From Euryarchaeota archaeon TMED192 (lineage in GTDB: Archaea; Thermoplasmatota; Poseidoniia; Poseidoniales; Thalassarchaeaceae), in contig NHIP02000014.1 of NCBI GenBank assembly GCA_002170775.2, positions 44,462 to 108,461 on the forward strand: 64,000 nt of DNA. The letters run 5' to 3'. The notes beneath the pieces are model-generated. The model saw only the letters and a list, made by a program, of their open reading frames with translations, ran no database searches and was not told the origin of the DNA. Below, one piece after another: positions 43,501-51,677 of the stretch; position 1 is the first letter of the stretch; each line of letters begins with the position of its first letter. Both the position numbers and the translations under genes were made by a program.

Positions 43501-46500
43501 ATGGCAGTAGGCTAGATGACTCCACAACATCAAATCAGGCACTCCCACAAAATCAGGGTGTGTTCAAGAATTTCGCATATTGGCTCGGAGACCCGGATAT
43601 CGGATACGGGGATAACTGGGATGAGACACTCACAGTAGGGCCAGTTGCTGTATCTCAGACAGATTCTGATTATACCTATGCCTCATGGGACTACTATGCA
43701 GAAGGAGACTATCTCCAAGATCAATTCGGCAATGTACTCGCAGTTCGCGACTCAGCATCCCTTACTGTGGACTGGACAAAGAGCGGACAGTCATACACTG
43801 GTCTAGCTTACGGCTCATGGGTCGATCTTAATGAAAACGGGGTCCAGCGTACAAATCCGGAAGACCCAAACTTCCATGCATGTGAAGACTTCGATAACGA
43901 TGGCAACTACGATGAAGCTGAGTATTTCGGAGATAGGAACGATCAGGGCAATTACATCGTTTGGTTCGATTCAGAGTCAATAGTGAAGTCTGTAGTTCTG
44001 GATCTTACGCACATTGTGATACAGAATCGCACATCTGAGGAGCCACAAGAGTGGAGGGATGAATGTACGTCTCTGGCCGATGCCGAAGTCACACTCACAT
44101 GGAGATTTACATCCAATGGGGACGGCGTCAATGGAAACGCCGGTCTGGCCGGATTCGCCATTGACAATATCCGATTCGAGGAATTTACATTCGAAGATGA
44201 TGGGAATTACTCGGTGCCAGTAAACGGACTCGACTCTCAAGAGAAAATGACCGTCTCATTGGGGACACATGACTTCGACTCCGGATTGTATCGAATTGAT
44301 GTTAGGACGATATTTGACAACAATGATCCAACTCAGAAGTGGTATTTGGCTGAAGAGGTAAACCCCTCGAATAACTTCTCTAAAGTTCAATTCAGCATTG
44401 ATAGTGCTGAGATAACCCTCTTGCAACCCAACGTGCTTGATTGCGTTGGCGATGTCACATACGAATGCGTCTATCCGATAAGTCCGACATCGGCACATAC
44501 CTACTCGCTCCCGATACTCAATGGTGTGATTGAAGGTGTCTATGAGGTTACGATGACCGTCGTAGATACGACGACTGGTCAGACGGTATGGCAAGCAAAT
44601 TCAGATAACGGACCTTTCGACTTGGTGCCCCATCAGCGTACATTCGCTAACTGGTCCGCAGGATCTAATGTCCAAGTAGGTTCCAGTGGGATGTTCAACT
44701 CATGGGAGGACAGCAGGAAGTATAATCTAAGCTGGGCAGCAAAACTCATCAGCGATGATAGCGACAATGGCAACGTAAGATTCTTTGAAATCACCTTCAT
44801 GGACGATATCGATGTGGCCATTCTATCCAATCCAACTGATCAGAATCGTCTCCAAAGGGTCAAGTCAGATCTAGAGGCCATGGGCATGGTGTACACACAA
44901 TTCAGAACGAGTGAATGGGAAGATTATGTTACGCAGGACTGGACTGGAGTTTATGACAAGATACTCCTCCCATGGCAAACTGATTACAACGCTGAGTACG
45001 GCGAATACTATCAGAAATTGAATGAGTTGCGCGGAGACGGACTTTCAACTAACGACGTCCTGGATGATTTCATGGTCAATGGGGGTACTTTGCAGGTTCA
45101 TCTGGGCCCATACAGGAACGATTACGTTCCAGATAATCTCCCCTTCGGAATGGATATTCAGGAGAGAGATCCCTCGAATTCGTCAATCAGATTCGATTAC
45201 GAAGACGTTCGAGTCATTGATCGATATCACCCTCTCCTTTCCAATATCGAACTGAGCTACTTACAATCAGTCCACGCCGGTCAGTATGTGGCGAGATCGG
45301 GATTGGATATATCTCAAGTTCAGCCCAATCAGGTTCCTTCTGCATGCGGTGGCAGGATTTCTGATCCCTTGGGAACATTCCACAGCCTGCTTGGAAGTGT
45401 TGAGTACGGCTCACAATCCTTGCTAAGTCTCTGCAACAGAGGCAACGGAGGCATGATTGTCACGACCATGGATGTTGAAAACCCAAGCTTCTCAGAACCA
45501 TACGGCAGCGAGTCAATGCCCCTTCTCTCCAATATGCTCGATTACAGCGTTACGCCGTATCCTGTTGATTTCGGAATTGCTGGGGATACGTTTGACCTAA
45601 CGATAAATGGCGAAGCACCTTCAATCAACACCGTAACCAAGGCATACAATACGGTCTACATCAAGTCAAATTCCCAACTTCAGTTTAGCTATGTGTCCGA
45701 GCATAGTGACCTGATAGCCGATTGGACCTTGGAGCCAGGGGGCGAAGACTCAGTAACTGGATGGGAGAATGAGATTGTCGATCCAGGCGAGTACTCTTGG
45801 GTTTCCCAGACATCCGCAGACCTCCCCACACTTGGGTCATTCTGCGTAGAGGATACTTTGTCTTCCACCGGGTGTTTCCTTGGTGCTGAATGGCTGCTTA
45901 CTCTGTATCTGCACGACGCAGAGGGGCATACTCGAATGACCTATGTTCGTTTGATCACGAATGATACATTGGCGGATGAATCTGATCCAACTGCATCTAT
46001 TTCCATGGTTCAGGACGGTCTCACAGACGAGTTTGTCACTAGCGATGGAACGAAGACTGTCGGAGGCGTTGAGTGGGACGTTTATCGCGTCAGACTGACT
46101 CCTACCGGGGACATATCTCTATCTTTCACAGGTGCTGAAAGTATCGATCCGGATGCTCCTGAGGGCGAGACTGGCATCCAGATGTACTCATGGCGCGTTT
46201 ACTTTGACTATCCTGTAACCTCCCAGCCTAGCTTGGAGGGGCATTTGTTCGAGGTTCCGGCATTGGCAGGAGGAGATGCATTCACCTACACGTTCCGCAA
46301 TGTGACAAGTGACGGCGTCTTGGAGAATCAAATCCGCCTGGAGCTTATCGTTTACGATAAGGCAGGAAAAGACTCATCAAAGGCAAGAATGTACTTCGTA
46401 GTGGTGGGCGAAGACTATGGAGACGCTCCTCCAGTAGTATCCTTCAGCTCTCCAAAGCCAAATGATTCCCAGACCGAAGATCGAGTCACGATTAGCGGTA

Positions 46501-47084
46501 CGGTTGTCTCAGGCGCCGAGAACTCGGATGTAAGGATACAAGTAGCACTTGATGCAGTTACTTTGGATCTATCGCCAACACCGAAAAACACACAGAAGGC
46601 AATCGGTAAGTACAACGAGACAGGATTGCTCGGTGATGGGGCTTCATTCTCTATCACACTGGATATATCAGATCTCTATTCTGAAACGGATGGGGTATTA
46701 TCTACGGTTTACATCCGAATCATAGAAGGTGATGGCGTGAGGTATACAACCACCTCCAGCGAAGACATCTATCTACTAAAGAGAAGCAGTGACCCATGCG
46801 AAAGGGACCCATCTGCTGATGGATGCGATACTGAAGGTCAGGGCCTCGGACTGATAATTCCGATTGTGGGGGCTCTTCTCCTTGTTCTAGCCATAGCGGG
46901 AGTCACGATTTCGATGAGGGGCAGGAGCTCCTCAGCAGTAAGTGACGAAATAAGGTCCTTCCAAGGCGTGGAGGACATGGATCCAGTTGAGGCCTATGTG
47001 CAGCAGATGGTCGGGCAAGGATATCCTGAAGACTATGCCCGGCAGTACGCCCAGGACTACTACGCTAATCTAGAAAAGAAGTAG
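40548..47084 (+). CDS. giant exported FG-GAP/VCBS-repeat surface protein with C-terminal TM anchor
   Basis: The signal is ITLVVMMVSMTLISFVPAASA. Repeated Ca-binding DxDxDG loops mark an integrin-alpha-like propeller at about 40770..41940 (DLDCDGDDDIAA, DIDGDQMPDIVY, DIDDDGDDDIVL, DTDGDGIIDMVA, DVNGDGNMDFFV). Two blocks end in GFAFDNITV and GFAIDNIRF (MAM/choice-of-anchor-like). The TM is LIIPIVGALLLVLAIAGVTI. The start is moved from TTG 40527 to ATG 40548. Confidence 0.85.
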   Translation: MNPTIFDAQLAANNKRALYLRAAMRSGANGKRTQNRRAKAITLVVMMVSMTLISFVPAASASQITQYAVQRDPHFVATGDLDCDGDDDIAASSSMGFYLTSMFNDGAGGFPDRQDIFIAGGVGDSQRQSIFQTANSQQIEIADIDGDQMPDIVYFQENVRFVGETFVRPANLTVLWGECNMNTHQWSRDIIEIASHPFSQGMDVGDIDDDGDDDIVLATMTPDGGQTYLEVFKGPDPGPQADQTILVPAPTYGHYSYIELGHWGEDLAEDPFTGATLPGECEDLDLWVLRTPRFNPGAGYSVGNYDNMTVIEFDCVTGLYADPNVGGSAAASVHDFTLDAEHGYELQIDVEDTDGDGIIDMVAAVDGIEGRVSYATRSGVNSNWDTRNYINLGNYKGASITISDVNGDGNMDFFVPTELTLTRLQDSSSKNQTYTTVENLRELNSVEIILSDTQGTGYLSPISFDVGRRPTVAVPAQLKGDDSTAQEIIIGQRDYSYRFSSGAMWMDSLGWPGAGDFLSVLTLDNQDVAIDGLTIAPASTDPATGSAQLGEGTRFVNVTLMNTGLNPVSGSVNLDLAVKEVTGGADTVVYSNDFDGTVESSNCSSCTWVGASYTSDFSPGTSWHEERNSTALTENVSTYEADHNPTNYMWAGLDYNGTDENNSGYLNNMDEAFILQNVDLTGADAAFLEASILCSVAYTNLFLSEPYVVQERWLYEDSCGIEAFSEGRGWERVWFQGGYDQDRYFNLLALNQDPEYEIKNFAIYPYYITEWTNYSEGGSEDNLTNTVESIDLTPYAGEVIDLRFRFRSGLLGSVGTVDTSYDTGFDGFAFDNITVIKRNTAFGLEQSTSQQVNFQPLAAGEKREISLSADFIDNKTYYISTTLSNFNGFVDQDPINDGLKFQTTVRNLYDPGLTADPFVDFEPGVRYASAEYPIDVRVQNFGNTIVNWTTEAEIFNALPDLTAIEDFSGINPIWTDDNDQEGKENGSRLDDSTTSNQALPQNQGVFKNFAYWLGDPDIGYGDNWDETLTVGPVAVSQTDSDYTYASWDYYAEGDYLQDQFGNVLAVRDSASLTVDWTKSGQSYTGLAYGSWVDLNENGVQRTNPEDPNFHACEDFDNDGNYDEAEYFGDRNDQGNYIVWFDSESIVKSVVLDLTHIVIQNRTSEEPQEWRDECTSLADAEVTLTWRFTSNGDGVNGNAGLAGFAIDNIRFEEFTFEDDGNYSVPVNGLDSQEKMTVSLGTHDFDSGLYRIDVRTIFDNNDPTQKWYLAEEVNPSNNFSKVQFSIDSAEITLLQPNVLDCVGDVTYECVYPISPTSAHTYSLPILNGVIEGVYEVTMTVVDTTTGQTVWQANSDNGPFDLVPHQRTFANWSAGSNVQVGSSGMFNSWEDSRKYNLSWAAKLISDDSDNGNVRFFEITFMDDIDVAILSNPTDQNRLQRVKSDLEAMGMVYTQFRTSEWEDYVTQDWTGVYDKILLPWQTDYNAEYGEYYQKLNELRGDGLSTNDVLDDFMVNGGTLQVHLGPYRNDYVPDNLPFGMDIQERDPSNSSIRFDYEDVRVIDRYHPLLSNIELSYLQSVHAGQYVARSGLDISQVQPNQVPSACGGRISDPLGTFHSLLGSVEYGSQSLLSLCNRGNGGMIVTTMDVENPSFSEPYGSESMPLLSNMLDYSVTPYPVDFGIAGDTFDLTINGEAPSINTVTKAYNTVYIKSNSQLQFSYVSEHSDLIADWTLEPGGEDSVTGWENEIVDPGEYSWVSQTSADLPTLGSFCVEDTLSSTGCFLGAEWLLTLYLHDAEGHTRMTYVRLITNDTLADESDPTASISMVQDGLTDEFVTSDGTKTVGGVEWDVYRVRLTPTGDISLSFTGAESIDPDAPEGETGIQMYSWRVYFDYPVTSQPSLEGHLFEVPALAGGDAFTYTFRNVTSDGVLENQIRLELIVYDKAGKDSSKARMYFVVVGEDYGDAPPVVSFSSPKPNDSQTEDRVTISGTVVSGAENSDVRIQVALDAVTLDLSPTPKNTQKAIGKYNETGLLGDGASFSITLDISDLYSETDGVLSTVYIRIIEGDGVRYTTTSSEDIYLLKRSSDPCERDPSADGCDTEGQGLGLIIPIVGALLLVLAIAGVTISMRGRSSSAVSDEIRSFQGVEDMDPVEAYVQQMVGQGYPEDYARQYAQDYYANLEKK

Positions 47085-47094
47085 TTGGACAACA

Positions 47095-48078
47095 TCAATG
47101 AGATGTGAAAACCGTGGTCCAGCGGCGCTGTACGCGCTGCCCCTCGGCAACGATTCTATTGTGACGTTCTATCCATGCCGGGGGCCTGTATTTCAACATC
47201 GATTTGTGGAGCCTTCCTTCTCTGATATTCTCCGGTATGCATACCTTTCCGGAGGCCATTTCTATATCCAGTGCGCGATCTAGATCAGTCGCGTTCCTGT
47301 TCATCCATCTGAAAAGGGGCTCTGATATGCGAGTCATTGTAAAAAATGCAGTTAGGATTACCAGAAATGTGGCCACTTGACCTTTAGCACCGTATGGGGA
47401 AAGAGCAGCGGAAGCAATGAATCCGAGTACGAATACAAGTGGTGCTATCATGAAGAATAGAAAGTATGTCTGAGATACCGGTTTCTGATTCCGATACCTC
47501 TCAATCTTCTCCCAGCGGGGGTGATTTGGATCCTGAGGCCTAAAGACGTCCTTCTGCCTGAGTCCAAGCGCGTCTTTCAAACTCCTCCCCACATCCTCAG
47601 TCCTACGTTTCTGAGATTTAGTCAGCGTATCCTGGTCTAGATTCTCTATCAAATCCATAATTCTAGATGCTGCAGCGTATTCGCCATATCTTGCAAGAAT
47701 TGCAACCTGCTCAATCATTGGAGCAGGAGATTCTGGTTTTAGAACGCGATATTCCCCCCACCACTCTAGCGCATCCTCCATCATTCCTAGATGATCGACA
47801 AGAATAAGTCCTCCAAGGGCCCATGCCTCTTCTAGATCTGGGTTGAAAGAAACTGCTGAACGGAGACATCTCACTGCATTGGCACATTGTGAGAGATCAG
47901 GGTCTATCGGCCTACCTCTACTTCTCGGGGGGAGGTGTAAATCTGCAGCTTCAAGCCATAATAAGCCATCTTCCGGATAATCCTTCAGAGCAGCTTCAAC
48001 AGCTTCTATGGCTGCTTCTCGACCTTCTTCTTTCAGAGTCTCACGGATCCTTCCGACAACATCCTCAGGCTCACTCAT
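47095..48078 (-). CDS. TPR-like repeat protein with two C-terminal TM segments
   Basis: The N-terminal half is helical repeats (EAWALGGLILVDHLGMMEDALEWWGEY..). TMs are TYFLFFMIAPLVFVLGFIASA and VATFLVILTAFFTM. No enzymatic motif. Confidence 0.55.
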   Translation of the reverse strand: MSEPEDVVGRIRETLKEEGREAAIEAVEAALKDYPEDGLLWLEAADLHLPPRSRGRPIDPDLSQCANAVRCLRSAVSFNPDLEEAWALGGLILVDHLGMMEDALEWWGEYRVLKPESPAPMIEQVAILARYGEYAAASRIMDLIENLDQDTLTKSQKRRTEDVGRSLKDALGLRQKDVFRPQDPNHPRWEKIERYRNQKPVSQTYFLFFMIAPLVFVLGFIASAALSPYGAKGQVATFLVILTAFFTMTRISEPLFRWMNRNATDLDRALDIEMASGKVCIPENIREGRLHKSMLKYRPPAWIERHNRIVAEGQRVQRRWTTVFTSH

Positions 48079-48117
48079 CGAGCGGGGGACAGGGGCATTG
48101 GGATTGAATCCTCCTGT

Positions 48118-48765
48118 TCATCTAGATCTCCGATTAGTACGGCCTCTTTTGCCACCATGACTCTCTTTTCTGCTTCTATCGCTTCGATTACGGGCGTTAT
48201 TGTCTCTACTATCTCGTCGCATGGGGCTACTTCTAGGACGACGACCACCTGCATCCCCGCGTCTCTTTCCTGCTTCTGAACGATTTCGTTGAGCAGCACC
48301 GGAACCCGGACTCTTGTACGGTCTAGGACTTCCGCATTTCGAACATTTCGAAGTTCTAGAATTCATACTTCTACAGGCTGAGCAGACCCATGTAGGCAAC
48401 ATCCTGCCGCTATTGGCCTTACGGGGCTTCCTGTCTCCGAATTTCTCGTTCCCCATGCTTTTTGATCTCGGACGATCTCTCCTATGTCCCCCTCCTTTCG
48501 GCACATTGCTATTCCTTCTGTTATCATTTCGACTTCTCCTCCCGATTTCAATAGGGGCGCCTATTGCGGATGATGAGTCTATTTTCTCTGATAGAGAAAC
48601 ATGCACAAGTGCATTTTCTATGCCTCCAATAACGGAATCGACCTTGCCTATTGTCCGGCCTCCTTCAATACGAACCTCCCAGCCCAGACCAGGCGCCTTG
48701 TCTTCGAATTCTGCGAGTAAACCGCCAACATGAGATAGCGACACGACTCGCCCCTTCACTGTCAT
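48118..48765 (-). CDS. Gar1-like (H/ACA RNP) beta-barrel protein with RanBP2-like zinc knuckle and Arg-rich tail
   Basis: Residues 1-75, GRVVSLSHVGGLL...PGLGWEV...GRTIGKVDSVIGGIENALVHVSL, follow the archaeal Gar1 pattern (G.v.h....g.li......P.l...V......IGkv.DvfGpv..py..V). WVCSACRSMNSRTSKCSKC lies at 48390..48334. The linker and tail are R/S/G-rich. The last 60 codons overlap another open frame (see findings). Confidence 0.55.
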   Translation of the reverse strand: MTVKGRVVSLSHVGGLLAEFEDKAPGLGWEVRIEGGRTIGKVDSVIGGIENALVHVSLSEKIDSSSAIGAPIEIGRRSRNDNRRNSNVPKGGGHRRDRPRSKSMGNEKFGDRKPRKANSGRMLPTWVCSACRSMNSRTSKCSKCGSPRPYKSPGSGAAQRNRSEAGKRRGDAGGRRPRSSPMRRDSRDNNARNRSDRSRKESHGGKRGRTNRRSR

Positions 48766-50843
48766 GATAGCCTGCGGGCCCCTCTTCTATACATGAATGC
48801 AGCAGCAAGAATTCCAATCATGGACGATGATCCGGGGAATGGGAGAAGGCCTCCTTCATCATTTTGACCGGCCCTGGGCGGTGGCTCTATTCCATCAGGG
48901 GTCTGCAATACTTCGGTTGAGTCAAAGCTCCTATCAGCAGATGAACACATCCCAGAGGCATCGCAGACACGTACTGTAACGGTATGTTCCCCAGGATCAA
49001 AGAGTGCGAAGTCGATGGGTCCTACTGACCAAGAGTTGCCCGATGCATCGACATTCCCCAAAGTATTGCCATCAATCAGCATACTGAATGACACATCCTC
49101 CCCATCTGGTTCTCCGAACATTCCACTCATGCTCCATGTGGTGCCTACCCACTCGCTATTCAAAATTGAAATAATCGGGGGGTCACCAATTTTCTGAAAT
49201 ATCAAACGGCTCTTCTCAACACGTTCATGGAGCCCATCGCCACTTATTTTGAACCAGACATTAACAGCGCCGGGAATCAAATTTGAGGAAGATTCGCTGA
49301 ATGCCCGTCCCTCTCCATTCTGGAGAATGACCGCGTTTTCGTAGTATATGGGCTCTCCATTATTTTGACTCAGCCCTATTTCTAAGATGATCTGCCTTGG
49401 AACTCCGTCATCTGTAACCGGAAGTTGAACTCCGTAAAATTCCATATCCACTGCATCATAAATGACTGGTAGACTCTGGGACGAATTACTGCTCACCGTG
49501 AATCCACTCACTGCCATAAAGCTCCTCTCAGCAGATTGCTGGCCAGAGAGATCGACGGCCGAGCAGATAAATTCAGATTTTCCGGTATCGTCTGGGATAG
49601 TCGCTCGTATCGACCTGTCTTCTCTAAATAGATTGAATTCCACCTCCTCGTTGTTGTAGCAATTTATGTTTAGTTTCGAAACAGCCATATCATCGGTAAA
49701 CCACCCCGCGATCTCCCCCCACTCTGCGATTACCACGTTAGGATCAAAAACATCCCCTTCAACTATGCCATAAACCCATAATGAGCCATTTTCAGGCGCT
49801 TCTGGTGTCCATGAAGGAGGATTGTCTACGGGAGGAGCAATAGTTGTGAGGTCAAAGAATAGGTCTTCTCCAGAAGGCCAATACGTGTTTGGCCGGCTCG
49901 GCTCGATTTCTAAGGTGAGCCCCCCTTTACCGTTGTAATTTGTCACTACTGAAGAAGAACCATCCCCTATGCAGGAGCCTCTAATGGGTGTAGGCGAACC
50001 CCCATTAAGCAAATCACGCCCCTCACATTCTTCAAACAGAGACAGCCTCATTCCTTCTACGTAAGGTGCATTTATCGTGTAGGTAGCACGAGAGATATTT
50101 GAGACATTCATCGCGAGAGTTAGCGTCTCAAGGGACTGAATGTTGTGCAAGTCGACTTCTCCGCTTAGATACAATTCAATTCTACATTCATCAAGCGATT
50201 CGCTATCAGAGTCGCAATCACGATCCGAGTTTGGAACAACTGGGATCTCATAGCAACCTTGGCTACTTCCGAAGCTACTACAATCTCTGACAGAACTATG
50301 TCTATCCGGAACCATATTCCATTCATCTATCGAAACACCATCTTCCACCCATGTAGCATTCCTCCAGTCCACTGCTGCTCCCCCGCGATGGTGTTCGCCA
50401 TCTCTAACCCCTACCCGGGTCATGGTGTACTCGACGCAATCCGCAGCAACTGATCTGACGGCTTCGCGTTCGTCAGATGACAGCCATCCATCGCCACCAC
50501 TTGGCACCAAACCATCCAGAAGATCATCTAAGAAAGTTCTGAAATCATCGGCCATTGTCCCATTTACCCATGCCATGGCATTGATCTGTGCAGTTCTCCA
50601 GTTGTCTGCCACAGTTACATTAAATTCTGCCCAAGTGTATGTAAAAACGTCTTCAAACGAACTTTGGGAACATTGCGCTTCGAAAGTTCCCCCGCCACCA
50701 AACTGCCCCATCGAAATATTCTGCTTTTGAAGATCTTCGGAGTGACTGAATGGAGACAAAGAGAGTGAGATAATCAGCACAACAATCCCGGCTGCGAGTA
50801 CAATGCGTTGGTTAAGCACACTCCACTGCACTCGCCGTACCAC
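48762..50843 (-). CDS. exported hypothetical protein with C-terminal hydrophobic anchor
   Basis: GTG start. The N-terminal TM/signal is IVLAAGIVVLIISLSLSPFSHS. The ~620-aa ectodomain has Ig-like segments. The C-terminus is LLPFPGSSSMIGILAAAFMYRRGARRLS. ATGA overlap with the Gar1-like gene. Confidence 0.6.
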   Translation of the reverse strand: MVRRVQWSVLNQRIVLAAGIVVLIISLSLSPFSHSEDLQKQNISMGQFGGGGTFEAQCSQSSFEDVFTYTWAEFNVTVADNWRTAQINAMAWVNGTMADDFRTFLDDLLDGLVPSGGDGWLSSDEREAVRSVAADCVEYTMTRVGVRDGEHHRGGAAVDWRNATWVEDGVSIDEWNMVPDRHSSVRDCSSFGSSQGCYEIPVVPNSDRDCDSDSESLDECRIELYLSGEVDLHNIQSLETLTLAMNVSNISRATYTINAPYVEGMRLSLFEECEGRDLLNGGSPTPIRGSCIGDGSSSVVTNYNGKGGLTLEIEPSRPNTYWPSGEDLFFDLTTIAPPVDNPPSWTPEAPENGSLWVYGIVEGDVFDPNVVIAEWGEIAGWFTDDMAVSKLNINCYNNEEVEFNLFREDRSIRATIPDDTGKSEFICSAVDLSGQQSAERSFMAVSGFTVSSNSSQSLPVIYDAVDMEFYGVQLPVTDDGVPRQIILEIGLSQNNGEPIYYENAVILQNGEGRAFSESSSNLIPGAVNVWFKISGDGLHERVEKSRLIFQKIGDPPIISILNSEWVGTTWSMSGMFGEPDGEDVSFSMLIDGNTLGNVDASGNSWSVGPIDFALFDPGEHTVTVRVCDASGMCSSADRSFDSTEVLQTPDGIEPPPRAGQNDEGGLLPFPGSSSMIGILAAAFMYRRGARRLS

Positions 50844-50957
50844 TTCACGTTATGTTTGATACTTCGAAAAATTCTGCCGTTTCTCCAATATTATCCTCAA
50901 ACCACCCTCACAACGTGCCCACCACATCCAAATAATGGATTAGGGGCGCCTAAAATA

Positions 50958-51677
50958 ATGACAAGTGGGTCAGAGGGTGATGCTATCGTCAAGCTCGATG
51001 GCGTAACTATCGGATATGATGAAAACAACCCCCTCGCAACTATTCCGTCTTTGTTGATAAAAAAAGGAGAGATTCTTGCTATTGCAGGACCCTCAGGCAT
51101 AGGTAAGTCAACACTACTCAAAACAATCGCAGGCCTCGTCAGCCCTTTGCGGGGAACAATAGAAGTGTGCGATGCAACTCTTCCAAAGAGGCCTTTCAGA
51201 GGTGATTTGGGCTATATCCCTCAGAGACTTGGTTTGATTCGGCATGCCAGTGTCATGCACAACGTCCTAATCGGATCTAGAGCATCTATGTGCGGATCCA
51301 TGCAAATTTTCACTTCGAGGGAAGCGAAGGAAAGCGCAAGGAATGCGATATGCGAGATGGGCCTCGAACAGAAAATGTGGGAGCCTGTAAAGCGACTTTC
51401 AGGAGGACAGCAGAGACGAGTCGCTACAGCCAGAACATTGGCCCAATCACCAAAGGTAATACTCGCTGATGAGTTTCTCAGTGAGCTCGATGATGAGACC
51501 ATGTCGTATGTTGCTCAAACTGTAGTCCAATATGCGCGTGACAATGATGCGGCGGTAATCTTAGTTGAACACGACGTGTCTCGCGCACGCGAACTGGCGG
51601 ATAGGCTAGTCGTGATGGATGATGGAAGGCTGAATCCATTCATCTCCTCTACGAAAACACTAGAGGTAAAGATATGA
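50958..51677 (+). CDS. phnC: phosphonate-type ABC transporter ATP-binding protein
   Basis: Walker A GPSGIGKST, VMHNVLIGSR (PhnC-typical), LSGGQQRRVATARTLAQ and ILADEFLSELD. The start is moved to ATG 50958. The longest ORF (50808) overlaps the divergent gene. Confidence 0.75.
   Translation: MTSGSEGDAIVKLDGVTIGYDENNPLATIPSLLIKKGEILAIAGPSGIGKSTLLKTIAGLVSPLRGTIEVCDATLPKRPFRGDLGYIPQRLGLIRHASVMHNVLIGSRASMCGSMQIFTSREAKESARNAICEMGLEQKMWEPVKRLSGGQQRRVATARTLAQSPKVILADEFLSELDDETMSYVAQTVVQYARDNDAAVILVEHDVSRARELADRLVVMDDGRLNPFISSTKTLEVKI

Noticed and set aside
48363-48551. 62-aa same-strand alternative-frame ORF over the Gar1-like linker
   Set aside because: It is a Gly/Glu/Val-rich shadow of an Arg-rich frame. 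Unlike 48075..48299, it has no coupling to a neighbouring gene, and the main frame here uses the genome-typical AGG/AGA codons.
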